Assembly: GCA_902805885.1 (NCBI GenBank)
Contig: CADCUM010000027.1
Span: 35,458 to 99,457 of the forward strand
Reading direction: 5' to 3'
Source of the DNA: an uncultured Nocardioides sp.
Lineage (GTDB): Bacteria > Actinomycetota > Actinomycetes > Propionibacteriales > Nocardioidaceae
DNA length: 64,000 bases
Shown: positions 40,326 to 50,326 of the stretch, one piece after another
Position numbering within the stretch: the stretch's first letter is position 1
How the letters are laid out: each line of letters starts with the position of its first letter
Made by a program: the position numbers and the translations under genes
Notes under the pieces: model-generated
Database searches by the model: none
What the model was told of the DNA's origin: nothing
The model's input: the letters and a program-made list of their open reading frames with translations, nothing else

Positions 40326-40928
40326 ATGGACACCGACATCGACTGGCACCACGAGATCGACGACGCGATCGGCTGCGCACCGGATCGACCGGTCACCGAG
40401 CTGCTGACCACGGGACGGCGCGCCGTACGCCGTCGGCGACTCGCCTCGGCGACCGCCGGCCTGGCCGCGGCGACGCTGATCGGCGGAGCGACGTGGGCGA
40501 TGGCGCCCGGGACTGCCGAGGGACCTGGTGAGGGCCCCGGTGACTCCCTGGTCGCCACGCAGCCGACGGTGCCGGCCGAGACGCCGAGCGCCACGCCGAC
40601 GTCCGCCGCGCTGCCCCCCGACCAGTGGCTGCGCCTCGCGCCCGACGGCGAGATCGTGCCCGACCACCCGAGCGTCGAGATCGTCCGGACGACCGTGAGG
40701 CTGCCGACGAAGCAGGGGCCCGGCAACGGCGACGGTCGGGTCGTCACGTTCAGCCCGAGCGACGACTACGAGGGTCACGTCCACCTCCGGGTCGGCGGCG
40801 AGGACAAGTTCCTCTCCTTCTGGAAGACCGGCTCCGACCTCGCCGTGGTGCCCGACCAGGAGGACCTCCGCGGAGTCACCGACTTCCAGCAGTGGACCGA
40901 GCTCCAGGAAGAGAAGGACCCTCGGTGA
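40326..40928 (+). CDS. putative membrane anti-sigma factor
   Basis: LLTTGRRAVRRRR followed by one TM; its stop overlaps the sigma GTG. Confidence 0.65.
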   Translation: MDTDIDWHHEIDDAIGCAPDRPVTELLTTGRRAVRRRRLASATAGLAAATLIGGATWAMAPGTAEGPGEGPGDSLVATQPTVPAETPSATPTSAALPPDQWLRLAPDGEIVPDHPSVEIVRTTVRLPTKQGPGNGDGRVVTFSPSDDYEGHVHLRVGGEDKFLSFWKTGSDLAVVPDQEDLRGVTDFQQWTELQEEKDPR

Positions 40929-41413
40929 GGCGTGCGGAACGCGAGGCCGCGTTCACGGACTTCGTGGCGGCCCGGCAGGGCCACCTGCGCCGGGTGGCGT
41001 ACGCGCTCACCGGCGACTGGCACCGGGGGGAGGACCTCCTGCAGACCGCCCTGACGAAGCTGTACGTCGCGTGGCCGCGGATCGAGCACGAGGGGAACGA
41101 GGAGGCCTACGTCCGCCGCATCATGGTGCGCGCGAACATCGACGAGTCGCGGCGTCCCTGGCGGCGCGAACGGTCGAGCGAGGACCTCGCGGACGGGCCG
41201 GCGGCGGAGGGGACGTCGTACGAGGACCGCTCGGCGCTCTTCGAGGCCCTCCAGGAGCTGCCGGAGATGCAGCGCAAGGTGGTGGTGCTGCGCCACTGGC
41301 TCGGGCTGTCCGTGCGGGAGACGGCGGCCGAGCTGGGGATCGGCGAGGGCACCGTGAAGAGCCACAGCCACCGCGGCCTGAGCGCGCTGGAGGGAACGCT
41401 CGCCCGGCGGTGA
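40925..41413 (+). CDS. SigE-family ECF sigma factor
   Basis: GDWHRGEDLLQTALTKLY and GLSVRETAAELGIGEGTVKS. Confidence 0.9.
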   Translation: MRRAEREAAFTDFVAARQGHLRRVAYALTGDWHRGEDLLQTALTKLYVAWPRIEHEGNEEAYVRRIMVRANIDESRRPWRRERSSEDLADGPAAEGTSYEDRSALFEALQELPEMQRKVVVLRHWLGLSVRETAAELGIGEGTVKSHSHRGLSALEGTLARR

Positions 41414-41494
41414 CGAGGCACCGCGGGAGGGCTGCCCTGCGACGACCGCCACCCGGGGGCTGACAAGGTGTCGCACTGGCCCTAGGTTCCCCGC

Positions 41495-42256
41495 ATGACC
41501 TCTCGACTCGCTCTCGGTGCGGCGACCGTCGCCCTGCTCGCCACGACCCTGACCGGTCCCGCCTCCACCGCCGCAGCCGCCTCGCGTGCTGCTGCTGCCG
41601 CCGACCCGCTCGCCGGCGCACCGACGGTCGGGCAGTGCTCCGACATGAGCCGGCGCGAGCTCCAGCGGAACAGCTTCACCGAGGCCCCCGTCGACTGCGC
41701 CGGCCCGAACACCGCCGAGGTCGTGGCGGTGCCGGTGCTCCCCGACAAGGTCTCGTACAAGCGCATCGGCCGGATCACGCGCATCGCGATGAAGGCGTGC
41801 ATGCCCGTCATCGAGGACCGCCTCGGGACCAGCACGCTGCGGGTGCGGATTACGGCGTACTCGCTGGGCTTCTTCCTCCCCACCACGTCGCAGCGGGCGG
41901 CGGGAGCCCGGTGGGTGCGGTGCGACCTGGTCCGCTACGGCGGAGGGCGCCTGCTCCCGCTGCCGGAGACGCTCGCCGTGGGCACCTTCCCGTTCTCCGA
42001 CACCGCCGCTCGGTGCCTGGTCGGCAGGAAGCGCTTCATCACCGCGTGCTCCGAGCGCCACACCTACCGCGCCTCGTCGGCGGTCAAGGTCCGCGCGGAG
42101 CGCTTCCCCTCCCGGGAGGGGTGGCTGCGGCTCGCCGCCCGGGCCTGCCCGCGCAGGGTCAGCACGCCCCGCAGCTTCTGGGCGACCTGGTCGAGCAAGG
42201 CCGCGTGGTCGACGGGCGACCGCGCCATCGTCTGCTACTCCCGCACCCGCCGCTGA
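41495..42256 (+). CDS. secreted Cys-rich septum-formation-like family protein
   Basis: Signal peptide; PVDC...AEV, GARWVRC, ACSERH and WSTGDRAIVCY (duplicated Cys module). Confidence 0.7.
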   Translation: MTSRLALGAATVALLATTLTGPASTAAAASRAAAAADPLAGAPTVGQCSDMSRRELQRNSFTEAPVDCAGPNTAEVVAVPVLPDKVSYKRIGRITRIAMKACMPVIEDRLGTSTLRVRITAYSLGFFLPTTSQRAAGARWVRCDLVRYGGGRLLPLPETLAVGTFPFSDTAARCLVGRKRFITACSERHTYRASSAVKVRAERFPSREGWLRLAARACPRRVSTPRSFWATWSSKAAWSTGDRAIVCYSRTRR

Positions 42257-42271
42257 GGGACCCCGCGACGG

Positions 42272-42958
42272 TCAGCCGCGCCAGGCGTCGTCCCCCGACA
42301 GGTCGGCGTGCTCGCGCACCCAGGCGTGCATGGCGATCGCGGCGGCCGAGCTCGCGTTGATCGAGCGGGTGGAGCCGAACTGCGCGATGGAGAACGTCCC
42401 GTCGCACACCTCGCGCGCGCCGGCCGAGAGCCCGGGCCCCTCCTGGCCGAAGAGGAAGCACACACGGCGGGGCAGCTGCATCGTCTCGAGGTGGGACGAG
42501 CCGGGCAGGTTGTCGATCCCCAGCAGCCCGACCGGCCCGCCGGTCTCCGGGGCCAGCCCGCGGAGGTACGACGCCAGCGCGGGCACGTCCTCGTGGTGCC
42601 GCACGTGCTGGTAGCGGTCGGTGACCATCGCGCCACGGCGGTTCCAGCGCCGGTTGCCGACGATGTGGACCTCCGCGGCGAGGAACGCGTTGGCGGTCCG
42701 CACGATCGTGCCGATGTTGAAGTCGTGCTGCCAGTTCTCGATGGCCACGTGGAAGTCGTGGCGACGGGTGTCGAGGTCGGCCACGATCGCCTCGAGCGAC
42801 CAGTAGCGATAGCGGTCGACGACGTTGCGGCGGTCGCCGTCGCGGAGCAGCTCGGCGTCGTACCTCGCGTCGTCCGGCCACTCCCCCTCCCAGGGGCCGA
42901 CGCCGACCTCCCCGGGGCCGTGGGGCATCGGGTCGTACGGCGCGCGCTGCTCGGGCAT
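42272..42958 (-). CDS. TrmH/SpoU family RNA methyltransferase
   Basis: NIGTIVRTANAF, FGQEGPGL and RSINAS. Confidence 0.9.
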   Translation of the reverse strand: MPEQRAPYDPMPHGPGEVGVGPWEGEWPDDARYDAELLRDGDRRNVVDRYRYWSLEAIVADLDTRRHDFHVAIENWQHDFNIGTIVRTANAFLAAEVHIVGNRRWNRRGAMVTDRYQHVRHHEDVPALASYLRGLAPETGGPVGLLGIDNLPGSSHLETMQLPRRVCFLFGQEGPGLSAGAREVCDGTFSIAQFGSTRSINASSAAAIAMHAWVREHADLSGDDAWRG

Positions 42959-42986
42959 GCCAGCACCCTAGGCAACCCCCGTTAGG

Positions 42987-43739
42987 GTGAGGCGCGTGAG
43001 CGCCCTCCTGGACCCGACCCTCATCGTCCAGCCCCTGCTGCTGGGGATCGAGTGGATGGACCCCAACTGGCTGCTGGACCGGTTCGGGACCGAGCTCTTC
43101 TGGATCAGCCTGCTGATCGTCTTCGTCGAGTGCGGCCTGTTCTTCCCGATCCTGCCCGGCGACACCCTGCTCTTCGCGCTCGGCCTCTTCATCGCCACCG
43201 AGCAGCTCGACCTCGTCCCCGGCCCGGCCCTCGCCGAGATGCTCGTCGTGATGGCGGCGCTGGTGGCGGCCGCGTTCCTCGGCAACGTCGTGGGCTACGA
43301 GATCGGTCGCAAGCTCGGCCCGCCCCTCTACGAGCGCGAGGGACGGATCATCAAGCGCAAGTACTTCGACCAGACCGAGGCGTTCTTCGACAAGCACGGC
43401 AACAAGGCGCTCGTGATCGGCCGGTTCGTGCCGTTCGTGCGGACCTACATCACCGTCGTCGCCGGTGTCACCCGGATGGAGCGCCACCGCTTCCTGCTGT
43501 GGAGCCTGATCGGTGCGGTGCTGTGGGTGGCGTCGATCTGCCTCCTCGGCTTCTTCCTCGGCGACGCGTTCCCGGGCCTGGGCAAGAGCATCGACAAGCT
43601 CGTCCTGGTCATCCTGGCGTTCTCGGTGATCCCGATCATCGTGGAGTGGTGGCGGCACAAGCGCACCCACGCCCCCGGTGCCGAGATCGGGACCCACGAC
43701 GGCGGGCCCGACCGCGACATCGCCGGCCGCGACGTGTGA
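42987..43739 (+). CDS. DedA/VTT family membrane protein
   Basis: VFVECGLFFPILPGDTLLF and GRFVPFVRT. Confidence 0.9.
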   Translation: MRRVSALLDPTLIVQPLLLGIEWMDPNWLLDRFGTELFWISLLIVFVECGLFFPILPGDTLLFALGLFIATEQLDLVPGPALAEMLVVMAALVAAAFLGNVVGYEIGRKLGPPLYEREGRIIKRKYFDQTEAFFDKHGNKALVIGRFVPFVRTYITVVAGVTRMERHRFLLWSLIGAVLWVASICLLGFFLGDAFPGLGKSIDKLVLVILAFSVIPIIVEWWRHKRTHAPGAEIGTHDGGPDRDIAGRDV

Positions 43740-43775
43740 GCCGACGCCGGCTCGACGGGGTCAGCGGCGCCCGGG

Positions 43776-44303
43776 TCAGCGGTGGACGGCGTCCAGGTCG
43801 GCTCGGGTGAGGACGGAGCGGACCTCGAGCCCGACGTCGGCGAGCGGGTCCTCGTCGACCGGCGAGCGGTCGATGGCGCAGACCACGACCTCGACGACGG
43901 CGCCCGCGGCGCGCAGGGCCCTCGTGGCGTCACGGACGGCGCCGCCGGTCGTGATGACGTCCTCGATCAGCGTCACCCGCCGGCCTGCCACGTCCGGCCC
44001 CTCGGCGAGCTTGCAGGTGCCGTACTCCTTGGCCTGCTTGCGCACGAACAGTGCCGGCAGGCCCGTCCTGGCCGACACCATGGTGGCGATCGGGATGCCG
44101 CCCAGCTCGAGGCCGCCGAGCAGCTCGGTGTCCTCCGGGAGCAGGTCGAGCATGCGGGTGGCGACCCGGTCGAGGAGGTCGGGCTGCGCCTCGAAGAGGT
44201 ACTTGTCGAAGTAGGTGTCGGCCACCTGCCCGGACCGCAGGACGAACTCCCCGGTCAGCCGGCAGGCACCGTCGATGTCACGGGCGAGCGTCTCGTCAAC
44301 CAC
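43776..44303 (-). CDS. pyrE: orotate phosphoribosyltransferase
   Basis: GEFVLRSG, YFDKY, RKQAKEYG and IEDVITTGG PRT motif. Confidence 0.88.
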   Translation of the reverse strand: MVDETLARDIDGACRLTGEFVLRSGQVADTYFDKYLFEAQPDLLDRVATRMLDLLPEDTELLGGLELGGIPIATMVSARTGLPALFVRKQAKEYGTCKLAEGPDVAGRRVTLIEDVITTGGAVRDATRALRAAGAVVEVVVCAIDRSPVDEDPLADVGLEVRSVLTRADLDAVHR

Positions 44304-44342
44304 GCCCGGCAGCCTAGCGACCGACGACCTAGGCTCGTCGGC

Positions 44343-45545
44343 ATGCCTGCGCCCACGCCCGCCCCCACGCCCACCGTGCTGTCGGCCCGCGTCGCGTCCA
44401 TCGCACCGACGGTGTTCTCGGAGATGTCGGCCCTCGCGGTGCGGACCGGCGCGCTCAACCTCGGGCAGGGGTTCCCCGACGTCGACGGTCCGCCGTCGGT
44501 GGTCGCGGCGGCGGTGGCGGCGCTCGAGGGCGGAGCCAACCAGTACTCCCCCGGCATCGGCGTCCCGGCCCTGCGCCAGGCGATCGCACGCCACCAGCAG
44601 CGCCACTACGGGCTCGAGCTGGACCCCGACACCGAGGTGGTGGTGACCACCGGGTGCACCGAGGCGATCGCCGCAGCCCTCCTGGGACTGGTGGATCCCG
44701 GCGACGAGGTGGTGGTGCTGGAGCCCTACTACGACTCCTACGTCGCGATGCTGACGATGTGCGGCGCCGTACGACGTCCGGTGACCCTGCGCGCGCCGCA
44801 CTTCCGGCTCGACCCCGACGAGCTCCGTGCGGCCGTCACACCGCGCACCCGCCTCGTCCTGCTCAACAGCCCGCACAACCCCACGGGCACCGTGCTGACC
44901 CGCGAGGAGCTCCAGGCGGTCGCCGACGTCGCGATCGAGCACGACCTGGTCGTGGTCACCGACGAGGTGTACGAGCACCTCGTCTTCGACGACGCCCTCT
45001 CGGCCGAGGGGCACGTCCCGATCGCCACGCTGCCCGGGATGCGCGAGCGGACGCTCACCCTGTCGAGTGCCGGCAAGAGCTACTCGTTCACCGGCTGGAA
45101 GGTCGGGTGGGCCACCGGGCCCGCCCACCTCGTGCAGGCCGTGATGGCCGCCAAGACGTGGCTGACCTTCACCTCCGGCGCCCCGCTCCAGCCGGCGGTC
45201 GCCCACGCGCTCGACCACGAGCCGGACTGGCCGGCGGCACTGGCCGCGACCCTGCAGGAGCGCCGCGACCTGCTGTGCGCCGGCCTGGAGGCCGCCGGGC
45301 TCACGCCACGGGTGCCGGAGGGGACCTACTTCGCCACCACCGACGTCTCCCACCTCGGCTGGGCGGACGGCCGCGCGTTCTGCCTCGCGCTGCCGGAGGT
45401 CGCGGGGGTCGTGGCGATCCCGACCCAGGGGTTCTACGACGACGCGGAGGCCGGGCGGAACCTGGTGCGGTGGGCGTTCTGCAAGGAGCCGGAGGTCATC
45501 GGCGAGGCCGTACGACGCCTCGCCGCCGCCGACCTGGCGCGCTGA
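44343..45545 (+). CDS. PLP-dependent class I/II aminotransferase (DapC-like)
   Basis: NLGQGFPD, NSPHNPTG, DEVYEHL and SSAGKSYSFTGWKVG. Confidence 0.9.
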   Translation: MPAPTPAPTPTVLSARVASIAPTVFSEMSALAVRTGALNLGQGFPDVDGPPSVVAAAVAALEGGANQYSPGIGVPALRQAIARHQQRHYGLELDPDTEVVVTTGCTEAIAAALLGLVDPGDEVVVLEPYYDSYVAMLTMCGAVRRPVTLRAPHFRLDPDELRAAVTPRTRLVLLNSPHNPTGTVLTREELQAVADVAIEHDLVVVTDEVYEHLVFDDALSAEGHVPIATLPGMRERTLTLSSAGKSYSFTGWKVGWATGPAHLVQAVMAAKTWLTFTSGAPLQPAVAHALDHEPDWPAALAATLQERRDLLCAGLEAAGLTPRVPEGTYFATTDVSHLGWADGRAFCLALPEVAGVVAIPTQGFYDDAEAGRNLVRWAFCKEPEVIGEAVRRLAAADLAR

Positions 45546-45550
45546 CCGGG

Positions 45551-46405
45551 TCAGCCGCCGTAGGGCGATCCCGGGTGGGCGCCGCCGTAGGAGGCCTGGC
45601 CCTTGCGCGCGAACCACTCCTTCGCGCCGCCGACGAACAGCAGCACGATCACGGCCACGGCCGGCACCAGCGTGATGACGCCGGCACCGCCGGCGAAGAC
45701 GGCGACCAGCGACAGCAGCGCCGTCAGGGCGCACGAGATGATCAGCAGGGTCCGGGCGACGTTGGAGCGACGCAGCACGAGCACGCCCAGCAGCAGGTTG
45801 AGTGCGGACCAGATCGCGAGGCCGAGGAAGAGCGCTCCCGTGACGCCGATGATGAAGTCCACGGACACCCCGGAGTCCTCGAAGCTCGGGTCGGACCGGA
45901 CCGCGTCGGCCATGAAGTCCTCGCCCAGGAAGACCGCGAGCGCCAGGCCGAGGTAGAGCAGCGTGCCCAGCACGCCGAGGACGATGGTGATCCATCCCGC
46001 CGCCGTGACGGTCCCGGGCCGGGTGTCGCCGCGGGTGTCGTACCCCGTGTCGTAGGGACCCGAGCCGTAGGCCGGCTGCTGCGGCTGGCCGTAGGGCTGC
46101 GGAGACTGGCCGTACGGCGACGACTGCCCGTAGTGGGGGGCCTGGCCGTAGGACGACTCCTGGCCGTAGGGCGGCGGCGCCTCCCCGTGCTGCGGTGCCT
46201 GCCCGTACGGCTGCGCCTGGCCCTGGTCCTGCGACGACTCGCCGTAGGAGGGCGGCGGGTAGCCGGTCGAGCCGCCGCTCTCACGGCTGGAGGAGTCGTC
46301 AGCGGAGTGCTGCTCGGAGGAGGGGGGCACCGGCTGCCCGTAGGGGTTCGTGGGCGGTTCGGAGCCGTGGGAGCTGTCCGACGGCCGCTGCTCGTTCTCG
46401 TTCAT
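45551..46405 (-). CDS. membrane protein with YGQ-repeat disordered N-terminus
   Basis: PYGQ repeats followed by a 4-TM module RPGTVTAAG...AKEWF. Confidence 0.75.
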   Translation of the reverse strand: MNENEQRPSDSSHGSEPPTNPYGQPVPPSSEQHSADDSSSRESGGSTGYPPPSYGESSQDQGQAQPYGQAPQHGEAPPPYGQESSYGQAPHYGQSSPYGQSPQPYGQPQQPAYGSGPYDTGYDTRGDTRPGTVTAAGWITIVLGVLGTLLYLGLALAVFLGEDFMADAVRSDPSFEDSGVSVDFIIGVTGALFLGLAIWSALNLLLGVLVLRRSNVARTLLIISCALTALLSLVAVFAGGAGVITLVPAVAVIVLLFVGGAKEWFARKGQASYGGAHPGSPYGG

Positions 46406-46440
46406 GGCGCCATTCCACCATGCGCGAGCGACGGCGAGGC

Positions 46441-47586
46441 TCAGCCGCGTCGGGGAGTGCTGCCCCTGCGGCACCACTCCCGGGACTCCGGACGACGCAG
46501 CAGCACGAGCGTGGCCATCGCCGCGACGGCCGGCACCAGAGCCGGCAGGCCCCCGGGGGCGACCGCCAGGACGAGGCACGTGCCGAAGGTGAAGGCGGCG
46601 GTCACCATCAGCGCCCACCGCGCCCAGTCCCGCCCGACGAGGACGAAGCCCGCGAAGGTCAGGGCGAGCGCGCACAGCAGCAGGCTGGCACCGCCGATGA
46701 CGTAGGTGCCCGTGCGCAGCTGGTCAGCGGTGATCTCCCGGGCCAGCTCCGGCTCCTGCCGCGCCATCTCGTCGAGCAGCAGCTCGGACGACGTCCCGAC
46801 CAGGGCCAGGCTCAGCAGCGCCAGCGCGCCGACGAGCACGCTCATGACGATCGTGAGCACCGCGGCCGTCACCACGGACCGTGGCCGCTCGTCGGGGGCG
46901 GGGCCCCAGGTGTGCGGATGGACGGCGGACCGTTCGTGGGGCGGCGCCATCGTCGAGCCGAACGGTCTCGCCTGCGGCGCGGGCCGGGGGTGCTGGGCGC
47001 CCGGCTGCTCGGGTCCCCGCTGCCCAGGGCCGGCATGGTCCGCCGGCGACCCGCCGACCGGCGTGGACGGAGGCGGCGGCCACGAGGCCGGGCGGTCCTG
47101 GTCGCCCAGCGCCTGCGCCTGCCGGGCCTGCGACTGGCGGGGCTGCGGCGGGGTCCAGCTGCCGGTGGCGAACCACTCGCGCGCCGGCGAGAGCCACAGC
47201 ATGGTCGTGGCCGCGGCGACGAACGACGGGGTGAGCGGGTCGACGAACACACCGGCGACGAGGAGGGGGACGGCGAGCACGGAGAGCGCCAGCCGGGCCG
47301 AGGTGTCGCGGCGCAGGACGTACCAGCCCAGGATCGCGGTGGCGGCCGCGCAGCCCGCGGCGACGAGGGTCGCGCCGTGCAGGACGCCGATCGCCTCCTC
47401 GACGGTCAGCCCGAGGCCCTCGCCGGGCGGGCTGGCGAGGAACCGCTCGATCCCCTCCCGGCTCTCCAGCGAGCGCACCGTGGCCAGGCGGCTCCAGGCG
47501 GTCAGCACGACCAGGATCGACCCCACCAGGACGACGGTGCCCGCCACGGTCACCTGGAACGGGCGTGTGGTCGTCGGCTGGGTCAC
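46441..47586 (-). CDS. membrane protein with two 4-TM modules
   Basis: RPFQVTVAG...PAREWF, Pro-rich linker, RPRSVVTAA...PESREWC. Confidence 0.75.
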   Translation of the reverse strand: MTQPTTTRPFQVTVAGTVVLVGSILVVLTAWSRLATVRSLESREGIERFLASPPGEGLGLTVEEAIGVLHGATLVAAGCAAATAILGWYVLRRDTSARLALSVLAVPLLVAGVFVDPLTPSFVAAATTMLWLSPAREWFATGSWTPPQPRQSQARQAQALGDQDRPASWPPPPSTPVGGSPADHAGPGQRGPEQPGAQHPRPAPQARPFGSTMAPPHERSAVHPHTWGPAPDERPRSVVTAAVLTIVMSVLVGALALLSLALVGTSSELLLDEMARQEPELAREITADQLRTGTYVIGGASLLLCALALTFAGFVLVGRDWARWALMVTAAFTFGTCLVLAVAPGGLPALVPAVAAMATLVLLRRPESREWCRRGSTPRRG

Positions 47587-47624
47587 GGGAGCAGTCTCTC
47601 AACCCGTTGGTGAGCCGAGCGACC

Positions 47625-47640
47625 TCAGGGTGGACCCCGA
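47625..47640. promoter_or_regulatory. imperfect palindrome upstream of the ABC exporter
   Basis: TCAGGG-tgga-CCCCGA plus further CAGGG copies at 47649 and 47661. Confidence 0.35.
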
Positions 47641-47722
47641 GAGGGTTCCAGGGTCCGCACCAGGGGTGCAGCACGCACGTCCCCGATGTGCGCGGGGGTC
47701 CCGGCGCGGGAGCGTTGCACCC

Positions 47723-48619
47723 ATGATCACCGTCGAGTCACTCACCAAGCAGTACGGCGGCTTCACCGCCGTCGACGACGTCACCTTCACCGCGGAGGCG
47801 GGTCGCGTCACCGGCTTCCTCGGCCCCAACGGCGCCGGGAAGTCCACCACCATGCGGATCATGGTCGGCCTGACCCGACCCAGCTCCGGAACGGTCCGCG
47901 TCACCGGCCGTGACTACCACGACCTCGTCAACCCCGGCCTGGAGGTCGGCGTCCTGCTGGACGCCTCGGCCCAGCACGCCGGGCGGACCGGCCGCGAGAT
48001 CCTCACCATCGCCCAGCAGACGATGGGCCTGCCGAGGACCAGCGTCGCCGAGACGCTCGGCCGCGTCGGGCTGACCGAGTCCGAGGCCGGCCGCCGGGTG
48101 CGCGACTACTCCCTCGGCATGCGCCAGCGCCTCGGCATCGCCACCGCCCTGATCGGCGACCCCGAGGTCCTGATCCTCGACGAGCCCGCCAACGGCCTCG
48201 ACCCGGCGGGCATCCGCTGGATGCGCGACCTGCTCCGCGGGTTCGCCGACCAGGGCGGCACGGTGCTGCTGTCCTCGCACCTGCTGCACGAGATCGAGGT
48301 CATCGCCGACGACCTCGTCGTCATCGGCCAGGGCCGCATCGTGGCGCAGGGCACCAAGAAGAGCCTGCTGGCCGCCGCCGGCACCCTCGTCCGCACCGAC
48401 CAGCCCGACACGCTCGCCCGCGCCCTGCACGAGGCCGGTGTCGTGACCACCCCCGTCGACGGCGGCCTCCGGGTCGACGCCGAGCCCGAGCTCGTGGGCG
48501 AGGCGGCGCTGCGCGCCGCCGTACCCCTGCGAGAGCTGCGCGCCGCCGATGGCGCCGGCCTGGAGGAGATGTTCCTCGAGCTCACCGCCGAGACCGCCCG
48601 TGAAGGAGCAGCAGCATGA
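47723..48619 (+). CDS. ABC transporter ATP-binding protein
   Basis: GPNGAGKST, YSLGMRQR, LILDEP and SSH. Confidence 0.95.
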   Translation: MITVESLTKQYGGFTAVDDVTFTAEAGRVTGFLGPNGAGKSTTMRIMVGLTRPSSGTVRVTGRDYHDLVNPGLEVGVLLDASAQHAGRTGREILTIAQQTMGLPRTSVAETLGRVGLTESEAGRRVRDYSLGMRQRLGIATALIGDPEVLILDEPANGLDPAGIRWMRDLLRGFADQGGTVLLSSHLLHEIEVIADDLVVIGQGRIVAQGTKKSLLAAAGTLVRTDQPDTLARALHEAGVVTTPVDGGLRVDAEPELVGEAALRAAVPLRELRAADGAGLEEMFLELTAETAREGAAA

Positions 48620-49452
48620 GCACCGCCGTCATCACCCCCGCCGGTACGCCGGCACCCGAGGCCGCCGCCGGGACCGCCCCGGCACGCCGGGCCCGGACCA
48701 TCACGCCCATCCCCACCACGCGGCTGATGAAGGTCGAGCTGCGCAAGATGTTCGACACCCGTGCGGGCTTCTGGCTGATGGCCAGCGTCGGCATCCTCTC
48801 GGTGCTTGCCACGGCCGCCGTGATCGCGTGGGCCCCGGACTCCGCGATCGACCAGGAGACCTTCTCCACCGCGATCGGCATGCCGCTGTCGGTGATCCTG
48901 CCGATCATCGGGCTGCTGTCGATCACGAGCGAGTACAGCCAGCGCACCGGACTGACGACGTACACCCTGGTCCCCTGGCGCGGCCGCGTCGTGCTGGCCA
49001 AGCTGCTGGTGACGATCGGCATCGGCGTGGTGTCCATGTTCGTCGCCCTCGGCGTCGGTGCGGCCGGCAACCTGCTCGGCTCGACGATCACCGGCCTCGA
49101 CCCGGTGTGGAACATCTCCGTCGAGGAGTTCACCAACATCGTCATCGCCAACGTGCTCGGCATGCTCATCGGCTTCATGCTCGGGGTCGTGCTGCGCAGC
49201 TCGGCGGCAGCGGTCGTGGGCTACTTCGTCTACTCCCTGGTGCTGCCCGGCGCGCTCGCCGCCCTGGCCGCCTTCCAGGAGTGGTTCCGCGACCTGCAGC
49301 CCTGGGTCGACGTCAACTACGCGCTCGCCGCCCTCTTCGACGACGGCGTCACCGCGGAGCAGTGGCAGCAGATCGGGGTCACCACCCTGGTCTGGCTCTG
49401 GATCCCGCTGGCCCTCGGCCTGCGCAGGGTGCTGCGCGCCGAGGTGAAGTAG
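48616..49452 (+). CDS. ABC-2 type transporter permease
   Basis: VELRKMFDTR and SEYSQRT; about six TMs; ATGA coupling. Confidence 0.88.
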   Translation: MSTAVITPAGTPAPEAAAGTAPARRARTITPIPTTRLMKVELRKMFDTRAGFWLMASVGILSVLATAAVIAWAPDSAIDQETFSTAIGMPLSVILPIIGLLSITSEYSQRTGLTTYTLVPWRGRVVLAKLLVTIGIGVVSMFVALGVGAAGNLLGSTITGLDPVWNISVEEFTNIVIANVLGMLIGFMLGVVLRSSAAAVVGYFVYSLVLPGALAALAAFQEWFRDLQPWVDVNYALAALFDDGVTAEQWQQIGVTTLVWLWIPLALGLRRVLRAEVK

Positions 49453-49464
49453 CCGGCGGAGGAG

Positions 49465-49500
49465 CAGCAGCCGCCCGGTCGGGGGACCGGGCGGCTGTTG
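49465..49500. terminator. hairpin terminator between convergent genes
   Basis: 16-bp stem cagcagccgcccggtc/gaccgggcggctgttg. Confidence 0.75.
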
Positions 49501-49513
49501 TCGTGGGTGCGGG

Positions 49514-50326
49514 TCAGGGCAGCTCGACGAACTGGCTCAGGAACTGGCGCGCCCAGGGCGTGTCCACTCGGTAGGTCTTGTCCGTGGCCTTGCACATCGC
49601 GTCCCCGGTCACGGTGATCGAGACCACGAGACCGTTGAGGAAGTGCGGGCCGCCTGAGTCGCCGTAGCAGGTGCCGCCGTTGCCGGTGGACGGGTTCATG
49701 GACAAGGTCACCCACGCCTTGGTCACGGAGAGGAGCTCCTGGTCCGCCTTCTCCCGCCGCCAGCCAGCTTCGAAACCTTGAGGCCCTTGGCGGATGCTGC
49801 TGCGCACCGTCCCGTAGCCCACGGCTGTGAACGTCTCGTCGCGCAGACCCGTGCGGTCGAGGGTGTGAGCAGGAGCCAGAGGTGCAGGCTCGACGTCGGT
49901 GACGGCCGCGTCGAGGAGGAAGACCGCGATGTCGTAGGTGTTGTTCGCCCGGTGTCCGTACAGCGGGTGGGTGACGGGCGTACCCGAGAGGAGATCCACG
50001 TCGTCGACGAGCCCGTCGCGGTCTGCGTCGATGACCTCGTCCAACGTGAAGTGGACGGCGGTGATCGAGTCGGGAAGGCCGGCGAAGCAGTGGCTTGCCG
50101 ACAGGACGACGTCTTCAGCGATGAGGGTTCCGGTGCAGAGCTGGAAGAGGAGGGTGTCGCCCGTCTCGGGGTCGATGGACTCTCCGATGAAGGAGCCGAC
50201 GTTGGGATGCTCGCCCTCGTCGGGCACTCCGAACGTGATGGCCTGAGCGGACGTCTGAGTTCCTGCTACCAGGCCGGCGACCAGTGCGGTGAGGGTGGCG
50301 ACGACCAGTGGGAGTCTGCTGCGCAT
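49514..50326 (-). CDS. secreted trypsin-like (S1) serine protease
   Basis: Signal peptide; CTGTLI, SASHC, YDIAV and CYGDSGGP. Confidence 0.9.
   Translation of the reverse strand: MRSRLPLVVATLTALVAGLVAGTQTSAQAITFGVPDEGEHPNVGSFIGESIDPETGDTLLFQLCTGTLIAEDVVLSASHCFAGLPDSITAVHFTLDEVIDADRDGLVDDVDLLSGTPVTHPLYGHRANNTYDIAVFLLDAAVTDVEPAPLAPAHTLDRTGLRDETFTAVGYGTVRSSIRQGPQGFEAGWRREKADQELLSVTKAWVTLSMNPSTGNGGTCYGDSGGPHFLNGLVVSITVTGDAMCKATDKTYRVDTPWARQFLSQFVELP

Noticed and set aside
43776-45995. 739-aa ORF ending in PyrE
   Set aside because: The upstream part is antisense to the aminotransferase; pyrE begins at GTG 44303 after a TAGGCT -10
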